Positions 1 to 7,786 of a stretch of DNA of 19,730 nt are shown in pieces (position 1 is the first letter of the stretch; every line of letters begins with the position of its first letter). Origin of the DNA: Promethearchaeota archaeon (lineage in GTDB: Archaea; Asgardarchaeota; Lokiarchaeia; Sigyniarchaeales; SOKP01). Location: assembly GCA_048941015.1 (NCBI GenBank), contig JBHLNZ010000054.1, positions 1 to 19,730 on the forward strand. The letters are read 5' to 3'. Below the pieces are notes generated by a model. The model saw nothing but the letters and a program-made list of their open reading frames with translations. It was not told the DNA's origin and made no database searches. Made by a program: the position numbers and the translations under genes.

Positions 1-519
1 AATTTTCCATTACTTCCTGGAACTACAAATAAAATGTTTATCAAGCTATTTAGATATTGCGTACCGAGAATTTTAGAAATTTACAGTCCAGATCTTTTAT
101 TCACACAATTAGGGGTAGATATGCATTATAATGATCCTCTAACTCAAATGGGATTATCTATATCTGCGTATAGGGATATTGCTCAAACTATGGAAACATC
201 CGCAAGAGATTATTGTCAAAATAGATGGGTTGCCGTTGGAGGAGGGGGATATTTAATGACTGTGGTACCCCGTGCATGGACCCTTTTTTTGGCAAAAATG
301 TTGGGGGTAGAATTAGAAAATGAATTACCTCCAAGTTGGATACAAGAAGTTAAAGATTCAGTTAAATATGAAGATACCCCATACTTATTATGGGATAGAA
401 ATGACAGTTCTGAAAAAGATTTACTCTCTCATCCTGAAATTGCTAAAAAAATGATCGATTATAATAATGAACTAAAATTACTTTGTGACGAAAAATATAT
501 TCCAAATCTAAAAAGCTGA
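1..519 (+). CDS. Zn-dependent histone deacetylase / AcuC-family protein, 3' part (5'-truncated by window edge)
   Basis: Frame 1 is open from base 1 (NFPLLPGTTNK-M...). Contains the HDAC-family motifs N.PL..G, QLGVDMHYNDPL and GGGGY. Confidence 0.88.
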   Translation, partial: NFPLLPGTTNKMFIKLFRYCVPRILEIYSPDLLFTQLGVDMHYNDPLTQMGLSISAYRDIAQTMETSARDYCQNRWVAVGGGGYLMTVVPRAWTLFLAKMLGVELENELPPSWIQEVKDSVKYEDTPYLLWDRNDSSEKDLLSHPEIAKKMIDYNNELKLLCDEKYIPNLKS

Positions 520-649
520 AAGCATTTAAGCTTTTAAAGAAGACGTATAGCAATTAATTCAAAATTTTATTAATTCTTATTAGTCCTTTGTTTTTTATTT
601 GAACATCTACAAATTTCTTTAAAGAGATAAAAACTTTAATAAAAACAAA

Positions 650-1468
650 TTGAAAGAGATCTCAATAGTTAGCACACCATCGGAATCTCATTTTCATAAA
701 GCAATAAAATTATTTCTCTACAAATACATCTATGAAAATAACAGTGCAATAATTGAGAGATCCTTAGAAAAATATTACGGAAATCGGATTGCAGATATTT
801 ATTTCAGGTTAAATAATGGAAAAGAAATAGTTGTTGAAGTACAAAATTCTAAAATAACAATAAGTGAAATTATTCAAAGATCAAAGGATTACAATGAAAA
901 AGGTATTTATGTATTATGGATATTGCATGGTGAGGGTAATTGTGTGGAAACATATAAATATCCTATGGATTCTTTTGGGATAAAAATTAGTTTAGCTGAA
1001 AGCTTTCTTCATAAAATGTATGGAGGCCGGGTATATTATATTAATTTAAATATTCGTAAAGATAAAGTTTCCTTATCAAATCTATTTGCTTTACATTTCT
1101 CTATACCTTTTAATAAGAACAAGAGAGGTTTCTTCAGAACTAGATATAATACGTATCTATTTCGTGATTCAAATTACACAGAAATTCATAATTGGAATAT
1201 TTTTTGTACTGAATTTTCAGGCTTTAAAATTGCGCGATTTTATGATAAAAATGTGAAAAGTCTTTTAAAGAAACGAATCGCTTCCTATTATCATATTAAA
1301 AGAGATGAATTTCACAAAGAAAAAAAATTATATAAAGCAATATTAAAGCATTTCAAAAGAAAATATAGTCTTTATTTGATACTAAATACCATTATTGAAC
1401 TAATTAATGAAAACCATATTATATTCAATTATAAAATAACTCGAAAGATTCAAAAGAAACTATTATAA
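650..1468 (+). CDS. CoiA-like PD-(D/E)xK-type nuclease domain protein
   Basis: ES.FHKAIK, RIADIYF, IVVEVQNS, RSKDY...GIYVLWI match the CoiA-family pattern. TTG start. Confidence 0.7.
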   Translation: MKEISIVSTPSESHFHKAIKLFLYKYIYENNSAIIERSLEKYYGNRIADIYFRLNNGKEIVVEVQNSKITISEIIQRSKDYNEKGIYVLWILHGEGNCVETYKYPMDSFGIKISLAESFLHKMYGGRVYYINLNIRKDKVSLSNLFALHFSIPFNKNKRGFFRTRYNTYLFRDSNYTEIHNWNIFCTEFSGFKIARFYDKNVKSLLKKRIASYYHIKRDEFHKEKKLYKAILKHFKRKYSLYLILNTIIELINENHIIFNYKITRKIQKKLL

Positions 1469-1598
1469 TATATCGAATATATGAAGTAGATGGAATTACC
1501 AATTCTAATTATTATTCCTTGGATTATTGAATTGAACTTAAATAAAATAATAACTTGGATATTAATTATTAAGAATATAAATTTGATATAAACTAAGA

Positions 1599-2234
1599 AT
1601 GAAAAAAATCTATTTAATAATTCTCATCGTCATTATAGTCGGTGTTGGATCTTTCATAACTTATATGATGTTTCGTGCTGGATTTTTCTTTAATCCAGGA
1701 AGTAGGTACGAGAGTTCTAATTTAAATTATATGGGAGTCCTTTTCGTAGCCGAATCAGACATTCATGCATTTAATGAAGGATATAGCGAAAGTGATGCCT
1801 GTCCATGGGGATTCAAACACCAAGGATTAGATTTTTTCTTTAACAACGACTCAAATGTGATTGCTGCAGCTCCAGGACAAGTTTGGGCTATTCAAAAACA
1901 TGAAAGTAGTGATGAAAATAAATATCACGTGAGAATATGGATAAGATTTAATCGTTCTACAGAGTTAGGATATAATTTTGAGCCATGGACCACATTAGAG
2001 AGCAATAGAGAATTACAGATTAGTATGTTTAAGGTAAAAGTTGGGGATTGGGTACAGAAAGGGGATGTTATAGCAGATTTTTTAAGTTGTAATGAATCAG
2101 CGCATATACACTTTGATATTGTGGAAAGGGGAAAATATTATTGCCCAGTCAAATATTTTTCAGCAGAAGGTTATACACAGATGATGAGTTTAGTTCATTC
2201 GTATCAACCTACATGGGATCTCTGTTATCCCTAA
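1599..2234 (+). CDS. Membrane-anchored/secreted M23-family Zn metallopeptidase
   Basis: N-terminal KK plus hydrophobic helix; HQGLD (HxxxD), VIAAAPGQV, VKVGDWVQKGDVIA and HIHF (HxH) motifs. Confidence 0.8.
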   Translation: MKKIYLIILIVIIVGVGSFITYMMFRAGFFFNPGSRYESSNLNYMGVLFVAESDIHAFNEGYSESDACPWGFKHQGLDFFFNNDSNVIAAAPGQVWAIQKHESSDENKYHVRIWIRFNRSTELGYNFEPWTTLESNRELQISMFKVKVGDWVQKGDVIADFLSCNESAHIHFDIVERGKYYCPVKYFSAEGYTQMMSLVHSYQPTWDLCYP

Positions 2235-2388
2235 TATTTGAATAAATAATACTTGATTATTATTCGCTAAATTTCATTTTGATTAATTTTCATTATGTGA
2301 ATTATATTTTCGTTTAATATCTAACAATTAATAATTTTATCTCTTACATATTAGATTTTCCTTTTTATCCTATGAAAATATAGATATC

Positions 2389-2396
2389 TTTATATA
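2389..2396 (+). promoter_or_regulatory. Putative TATA box for the candidate ncRNA
   Basis: TTTATATA about 30 nt upstream of the 2426-2569 stem. AT-rich context weakens the call. Confidence 0.35.
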
Positions 2397-2425
2397 GCAA
2401 AACATTCAATATATGATCAACCAAA

Positions 2426-2569
2426 AAAAGTCGGATGACCATGATATTCCAATATATTCTTATACCTAAAGCTGATGGAAATCGGCCAAAATACCTCAAC
2501 CCTTAACCCTGTTATTAGATAAATACGTCTCCTCTTTTTATAATTTAAGTATCATGGTGTCCGATTTTT
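2426..2569 (+). ncRNA. Candidate structured non-coding RNA (~145 nt), family unknown
   Basis: 2426-2448 pairs with 2548-2569 (22 bp, one bulged G, three G-U wobbles). Internal GCUGAU-GGAA-AUCGGC GNRA hairpin at 2471-2486. T-rich 3' end. Confidence 0.5.
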
Positions 2570-2710
2570 CTCCTTTCTATAAAATCATTGATTTTAAATA
2601 ATCAAGCTCAATAAATTTTATATTTCTGAAAATTGAGTTGCAAAAAGTTAAAAAAAAATAGTCTATTAATTATTAAAAGAAAAAATTAATTTTTTTAAGT
2701 TGAGGTAAGA

Positions 2711-3157
2711 GTGATTCAAACAATCCAGTTAAGTACAGGTATAGATTTAGAATTTGATGATAAGGCTCCCAACACTCTTTTCGAAATTGTTATTAGTGAT
2801 ATTTTAATCCCAAGGTACAAAGAGAATAAGGATTGGAATTTGAGTTTAAATATTATCATTGAAGAGATGAATCGGTTAATTAGTAAATATGAATTGGATC
2901 CAAAATTGAAATTAGGACTTTTAAATCAAGTAGAAGAACATTTGGATAAGGATATTGAAGAATTGACGGGGACAGCAAAGATTGAAATATTATTTCTAAA
3001 TATGGATGACTATGTAGAAGATATAAAAAAATTGATATCTGCCGGGAAAACAAAAGAGGATTTAAGAAATGATATGGCAAGATTGATTTTTCCTTTAACA
3101 TTGTTCGAATTAGGTGAATTATTTATCTATTTAGGTAAAAGGGCTTTTTTAAAGTAA
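2711..3157 (+). CDS. Hypothetical helical protein (148 aa)
   Basis: GAGGT Shine-Dalgarno just upstream of a GTG start; typical composition; no recognised motif. Confidence 0.75.
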   Translation: MIQTIQLSTGIDLEFDDKAPNTLFEIVISDILIPRYKENKDWNLSLNIIIEEMNRLISKYELDPKLKLGLLNQVEEHLDKDIEELTGTAKIEILFLNMDDYVEDIKKLISAGKTKEDLRNDMARLIFPLTLFELGELFIYLGKRAFLK

Positions 3158-3313
3158 TTAAATTTCTTATTATTTTCTCAATTTTCTCTTTTTATCATTT
3201 ACAATTTAAAATCAATGCTATAATACAATTATATTTGATCTACCATTAAGGATGTTTTGGAGTACAAAATAAATATATATGCTGTTTTATATTGGGATAA
3301 TAGAGGGATTAAA

Positions 3314-3556
3314 TTGAATCCAGAAAATAAAAAAGGAAGAAGGCCTAGATGTGATAAATGTGGAGAGAAAATTTATCCAACTTATAGAATATTTAAAAAT
3401 TATTTTTGGAGACCAATTCCTTCATATTGCCCACATTGTGGAGAAGAAATTAATTTGGACAAGAAAAAACGAGTAATGGAACATGATGACAGTCTTTACA
3501 TGATTCTATGCATTTCGGTAATCATGGTTTTTATCATAATATTAATTATTTTTTAG
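3314..3556 (+). CDS. Small zinc-ribbon protein with C-terminal transmembrane anchor
   Basis: CDKC...CPHC pairs, then hydrophobic LYMILCISVIMVFIIILIIF at the C-terminus. TTG at 3314 preferred (GAGGG upstream); ORF track start is 3257. Confidence 0.65.
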   Translation: MNPENKKGRRPRCDKCGEKIYPTYRIFKNYFWRPIPSYCPHCGEEINLDKKKRVMEHDDSLYMILCISVIMVFIIILIIF

Positions 3557-3596
3557 TTAATAATCTTGTTAAGCGGTAAGAATTAGATAATTTATT

Positions 3597-4622
3597 TTAT
3601 AAAGTTTCAAGATATTCTTTTTTTTCAGTCTCAGAGGATTTATACAATGCCAATATTAACCTTAAAACTTTTGAGCTTTCCTCGATGGTATTATAGAAGG
3701 GAATACCATCTAAAATCCAATTTCTAAAAGCTTCAATACATCCAGTTAAATATTTATTATTTTTTCCATCATTATGAAGATTAGAATGAGATATTCCATA
3801 CCATTTTAAGAAAGAAGGCCACATACAACTATACTCTAGCCTTCCTCTTTCGCCAAATAGTTCTAATTGAGCGAGATCAATTGATTCTGCTCTCATTTGA
3901 GGTTGTGGTATCATAGAACAATTTACCTGTCCAAGTTCTCCATTCTTAAACTCAATTATACCAAATCCAACATCTTCTACTTCAATATTTTTAAATTTTA
4001 AGGTTGCAATTTTTCCTATTACTGATTTCGGCTCTCCTAATGACCATATAAGGATATCCATAATATGAGATCCATGCATCAGTAATGTACCCCCACCAGC
4101 AGAACTTTTTTTCGTCCTCCAGTCTCCCTTATCGAAATAATCTAAATCTCTACTAAAATAAATATTGCAATTAAAGTAATAGATATTACCTAGAATGTTA
4201 TTATTTAAACCTTCAATCAGATTTTTGGCATTTTTATCATATCTATATTGGTAATTGAATCCAAGTTTTAAGGAGGGATATTTTTTATCTAACTTATTTA
4301 TCTCACGAGTATCTTCTAATGTTGAGGCAACTGGTTTCTCGCAAAAAGCATGTTTATTGTTTTCAAAAGCTTGTTTAATATTGAATTTATGAAAATTATG
4401 GGGAGTTGCGATATAGACAGCATCAATATCTTCATTATCATACATCTTTTGGACATCGGTATATGCGTGGTTTTTTCCGGCTATTTTTTGTGCTTTTGTG
4501 ATGTTAGCATCTGTTCCAGCAACTATTTTTATATTGCTAACAAATTTTGAAAATAACTTAAATTCCTTTGCCATTTGACCGCATCCAATAATTCCAATTT
4601 TTAAAAACTTATTTTGTTTCAA
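3597..4622 (-). CDS. Gfo/Idh/MocA-family NAD(P)-dependent oxidoreductase
   Basis: IGIIGCG Rossmann motif, IATP...H, CEKP, GFNYQYRY, GGG.L..HGSH..D. GGAGG SD; 12 nt downstream of the ThuA gene. Confidence 0.92.
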   Translation of the reverse strand: MKQNKFLKIGIIGCGQMAKEFKLFSKFVSNIKIVAGTDANITKAQKIAGKNHAYTDVQKMYDNEDIDAVYIATPHNFHKFNIKQAFENNKHAFCEKPVASTLEDTREINKLDKKYPSLKLGFNYQYRYDKNAKNLIEGLNNNILGNIYYFNCNIYFSRDLDYFDKGDWRTKKSSAGGGTLLMHGSHIMDILIWSLGEPKSVIGKIATLKFKNIEVEDVGFGIIEFKNGELGQVNCSMIPQPQMRAESIDLAQLELFGERGRLEYSCMWPSFLKWYGISHSNLHNDGKNNKYLTGCIEAFRNWILDGIPFYNTIEESSKVLRLILALYKSSETEKKEYLETL

Positions 4623-4634
4623 AGATATTCCTCC

Positions 4635-5273
4635 TTAATTTAAATCTCCTAAAACCCACTTAACAGCTCTTTTTATTATATTTCTAAAAATATCAAGATT
4701 TAATGAACGTGTTCTGTGACCTAAAGCACAAAAAAATACTTTTCCCTCTCCAAACTTTTTTATCCAAATAATAGGTTCTAGTTTTGGATCTGAATTATCA
4801 TGATAGTTTGCCTCCGCTAAGATATGAATACTACCACCAATTGAGAAATCATGACGATAGGGTTCATCATCAAAGGAAAAATCTTCTAAATCCTTCGTTA
4901 TTGGATGATCTTTATCAACTATGCTAATATCAAAAATTCCAATCTTTTTATGGCCTATAAATTTTCCCCCTAACATTTCAAAATATTTAGGATGCGCTTT
5001 AAAAGAAGCAGATGCACCATGCAATCCAATGAATCCCTTCCCACTTGAAACAAATTCAAGAATATTATTTTCTTGAGTAGGTGATAATTTTCCTTCTTGA
5101 CTAAAAAATATTGTTGTATCATATTCAAAAAACTGTTTTTCATCGAATATATCAACATCTTCATACTTATCAATGTGATAATCATCTAATATATCTTGAA
5201 AATACCTATATATTCGCTCTATTGCTGCATATCTTCCACCTAAATAGAGTAAAATTTTCTTTTTTGCCATCAT
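4635..5273 (-). CDS. ThuA-domain (trehalose utilization, class I GAT-like) protein
   Basis: FVSSGKGFIGLHGA, MLGGKFIGH, HPITKDLEDF..DDEPY, W...FGEGKVFFCALGH are typical ThuA motifs. Confidence 0.88.
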   Translation of the reverse strand: MMAKKKILLYLGGRYAAIERIYRYFQDILDDYHIDKYEDVDIFDEKQFFEYDTTIFFSQEGKLSPTQENNILEFVSSGKGFIGLHGASASFKAHPKYFEMLGGKFIGHKKIGIFDISIVDKDHPITKDLEDFSFDDEPYRHDFSIGGSIHILAEANYHDNSDPKLEPIIWIKKFGEGKVFFCALGHRTRSLNLDIFRNIIKRAVKWVLGDLN

Positions 5274-5366
5274 AGAATAAAATGTTAATTAATTTAATTA
5301 TTTTCACTCAGCTGAATTTGAATTAACAATAATTAAACTAAAAAATAAGGTAAATTCAAAAAGAGC

Positions 5367-6164
5367 CTATTTAAATTTTACAATTTCTGCTGTACGATAT
5401 AAATAATCGAAATAATAATTGGAGCCAGGACCAAATGCTATATGATCTGTGATAACTCCAAAGTAACTTAACTTTTTGAAAAAACGTTGAGTAAGGATTA
5501 TAAATGCGTCTTCTCCCTCGTCAATTACTACACAATTTCCAAAAACTTGATCTCTGCTTTTAATTTCTGAAATTGCACTGTATTCCTTAAGTAATTCTTT
5601 GAATTGCTTATCGTTTAAAGCATTCTCTTCAACAAGGATTTTAATATCTGTGACTCCCCTTGCTCTTGCTTTTTTCATATCATCATGAAATACTTCTAAG
5701 AATTCATAATCTGGAGCTACTAAATAAATAGAATTTTTTGCTAAATTAATGAGAGCTAAGCATCTATTTATACAAACATCTCTGCCTCTATGAATATAGA
5801 GGGCTATTTTGATTGGTGTATCATGTGATTGATAAATTGGAGTTAAACTTTGAATAATTTTATTTGAATGCTCGTCGAAACTATCATTATATTGCTTTTT
5901 GGCAATAACTAAAGCCTCATCAGGGGATTTAGCAAAATATCGGGATGGTCGACTCTCTTCCTCTTTAATTATCCACATTTTCTCCTTTTCAAGCTGGGTA
6001 AGGATATTGTAGATACGTGAATAGGGGACTCCAGAAGCTTCTGACAATTCACGAGCATCCATTGGACCTTTTGAAATTAAAGTGAGATAAATTGCTATTT
6101 CATAATCGGTAAGACCGATTGAACGAAGAGACTCTTTTACATTTTCCGGTATTTCCTTAGACAT
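5367..6164 (-). CDS. TrmB-family sugar-sensing transcriptional regulator
   Basis: GLTDYE..IYLTL...GP..ARELSEASGVPYSRIY.IL..L N-terminal wHTH, RPSRYFA, C-terminal effector domain. GGTGA SD at 6171-6175. Confidence 0.9.
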   Translation of the reverse strand: MSKEIPENVKESLRSIGLTDYEIAIYLTLISKGPMDARELSEASGVPYSRIYNILTQLEKEKMWIIKEEESRPSRYFAKSPDEALVIAKKQYNDSFDEHSNKIIQSLTPIYQSHDTPIKIALYIHRGRDVCINRCLALINLAKNSIYLVAPDYEFLEVFHDDMKKARARGVTDIKILVEENALNDKQFKELLKEYSAISEIKSRDQVFGNCVVIDEGEDAFIILTQRFFKKLSYFGVITDHIAFGPGSNYYFDYLYRTAEIVKFK

Positions 6165-6249
6165 AATCCTTCACCATTTATCAAAACCGTGTAATTTAAG
6201 AGGTTATAAGCATATATAAGAATTTTGTTAATTAATAAATAAAAATAAT

Positions 6250-6272
6250 TCATCATATAAAAAATATGATGA
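6250..6272. repeat. Perfect 9-bp inverted repeat (TCATCATAT-N5-ATATGATGA); possible operator or 3' hairpin
   Basis: Read directly from sequence; lies between the SECIS-like element and the likely trmB TATA box (~6212-6219). Confidence 0.5.
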
Positions 6273-6312
6273 TCAGTATGATTATTACCTTTTTCTTTAA
6301 ACCCGTGCGGGG

Positions 6313-6356
6313 TAAGTCATCATGCAACTAATTTTTTTTCGCATGGATCATCCTTA
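6313..6356 (-). promoter_or_regulatory. Eukaryote-type SECIS-like element (kink-turn hairpin) in 3' UTR
   Basis: Minus strand UAAG-GAU-GA-UC-CAUGCGA-AAAAAAAUUAG-UUGCAUG-AU-GA-CUUA: helix I UAAG/CUUA, AUGA...UGA core with tandem G.A/A.G and U.U, upper stem CAUGCGA/UUGCAUG, A-rich apical region. Confidence 0.72.
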
Positions 6357-6545
6357 AAGAATTTTTAATATTAACAACAATTTGGATATTCCAAGACAAG
6401 GTCAACCATCTCCATTAGTAGTGTCAGGCGCAAAAATATCTATTATATATATTATGATCAATACAAAAGAAATTATCAACGCAATCGCGAAAATAATTAG
6501 CAAAATTCTTTTTAATTTTTCGTTTTCTAATAATCGTGGTGTCAT
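6354..6545 (-). CDS. Candidate small single-pass membrane selenoprotein (63 aa, UGA at codon 48, UxC motif)
   Basis: MTPRLLENEKLKRILLIIFAIALIISFVLIIIYIIDIFAPDTTNGDG-U-PCLGISKLLLILKIL*. In-frame TGA at 6404-6402, TAA at 6356-6354, SECIS-like hairpin directly after, TTTTATAT box 25 nt upstream of ATG. Confidence 0.7.
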
Positions 6546-6569
6546 GATGTTAAATATTTATTTTAGTAA

Positions 6570-6577
6570 ATATAAAA
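6570..6577 (-). promoter_or_regulatory. Putative TATA box (leaderless transcript of the 6545-6354 ORF)
   Basis: TTTTATAT on the minus strand ending 25 nt before the ATG at 6545. Confidence 0.45.
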
Positions 6578-6737
6578 TTGATTGCGTCAATTCAATAAAA
6601 AATTATATTTTTAGCGTTATTAACAATAGGATTACTATTAATAAATACTATAAATAAAAAAAAGGAAATTAATTTTTTTTCTCTTTTACCGTTTCAGACA
6701 AGTTCCAAGCAATTACAGTAGCAAAGCTCAGTTTCCT

Positions 6738-7499
6738 TTAGGAATGGATATCAGTCCCACCATCAACTATGATGGTTTGTCCTGTAATGTAATTAGAGTC
6801 ACTGCTAGCAAGGAACACAACTGTCCGACCAATGTCCTCCTCGCAGTCACCGATTCGTCCGAGTGGAATTTGTGCCATTGATGCCTCATACTGTTCAGGG
6901 AAGTTCTCCTTCCACATGATCATCCCTGGAGAATTCGCGGCAGGGCAGACGACATTTACATTAATCCCTTGCTTTCCCCACTCACGAGCTGCTACACCCG
7001 TAATCGCTCGGATTGCTTCTTTGGTTGCCGAGTAGGGTGTGAAGCCCACCATCCGTTGGGTTCCGGCACCCGAAGCAAAGTTGATGATCTTACCACCCCT
7101 ATCCTTCATATGCGGGAAGCAGGCTTTCATGAAGTAGAATGTCCCCATAAGACCCGATCCCAGCGTCAAATCCCAATCCTCTCGCGTTATTTCCACAAAG
7201 GGAGTACTTGGTCGTGGAACACTTTGCGCGTTATTTACCAGAATATCAATAGCCCCATATTCGTCAATTGCGGTCTGTACAACCTTATTTACATCATCAG
7301 GTTTACTGACATCACAATTAATAGCCATCGCCTTGGCACCCAAGTCTCGCAGTTCATTAACTGTTGAGTTTGCAGTTTCTTCATTAATTTCAGCAACGAT
7401 GACGGTTGCACCTTCCTTTGCAAATGCAAGGGCTATACCTCTTCCAACGCCCTGACCTGACCCTGTTACAATGGCGACTTTATTATCCAATTTACCCAT
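6738..7499 (-). CDS. Short-chain dehydrogenase/reductase (FabG-like SDR)
   Basis: TGSGQGVG, NNAQ, YSATK catalytic motif, ITGQTIIVDGG. GGTGA SD at 7506-7510 favours ATG 7499. Confidence 0.93.
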   Translation of the reverse strand: MGKLDNKVAIVTGSGQGVGRGIALAFAKEGATVIVAEINEETANSTVNELRDLGAKAMAINCDVSKPDDVNKVVQTAIDEYGAIDILVNNAQSVPRPSTPFVEITREDWDLTLGSGLMGTFYFMKACFPHMKDRGGKIINFASGAGTQRMVGFTPYSATKEAIRAITGVAAREWGKQGINVNVVCPAANSPGMIMWKENFPEQYEASMAQIPLGRIGDCEEDIGRTVVFLASSDSNYITGQTIIVDGGTDIHS

Positions 7500-7786
7500 A
7501 ATCAATCACCTTATGTGAACTAAATATTTTTAATATTTTAATAATACTTTCTTTTTTATTTTCCTAAAAATTACTGCAAATTTTTTTTAAGAAATTATTA
7601 AATTTAAATATTATACAATTTGGTATAAAGTGTAGAATTAGATTAATTAGAGTTAACTTTCTTTAAATTCTCTATAACTTTATTAAAAGTAAAGGGAGAT
7701 AGACTTTTTTAAGATATAAATTGATTCATCAACAACACTATGTATATTTTTGACTTCCAACTAGTGCGAATATATTTTAAATTTTA

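Noticed and set aside
517-537. UGA stop of the deacetylase as a possible Sec codon
   Set aside because: Only a few codons follow, with no Cys context and no SECIS-like hairpin seen.
650-1468. CoiA-like nuclease as restriction partner of the methyltransferase
   Set aside because: The genes are about 16 kb apart with no linking evidence.
2433-2443. GGATGACCATG resembles the 5' arm of the SECIS-like element (GGATGATCCATG)
   Set aside because: The partner strand has UGU rather than GA, so no tandem G.A core forms; the loop is ~100 nt; the upstream M23 gene has no in-frame UGA.
2435-2506. 23-codon ORF MTMIFQYILIPKADGNRPKYLNP inside the ncRNA candidate
   Set aside because: Its start codons are buried in the terminal stem and there is no other coding evidence; not formally excluded.
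6382-6657. 91-aa + strand ORF in the supplied track
   Set aside because: Ile/Asn/Lys-rich antisense shadow of the minus-strand membrane ORF 6545-6354, running on into AT-rich intergenic DNA; TTG start with no SD.
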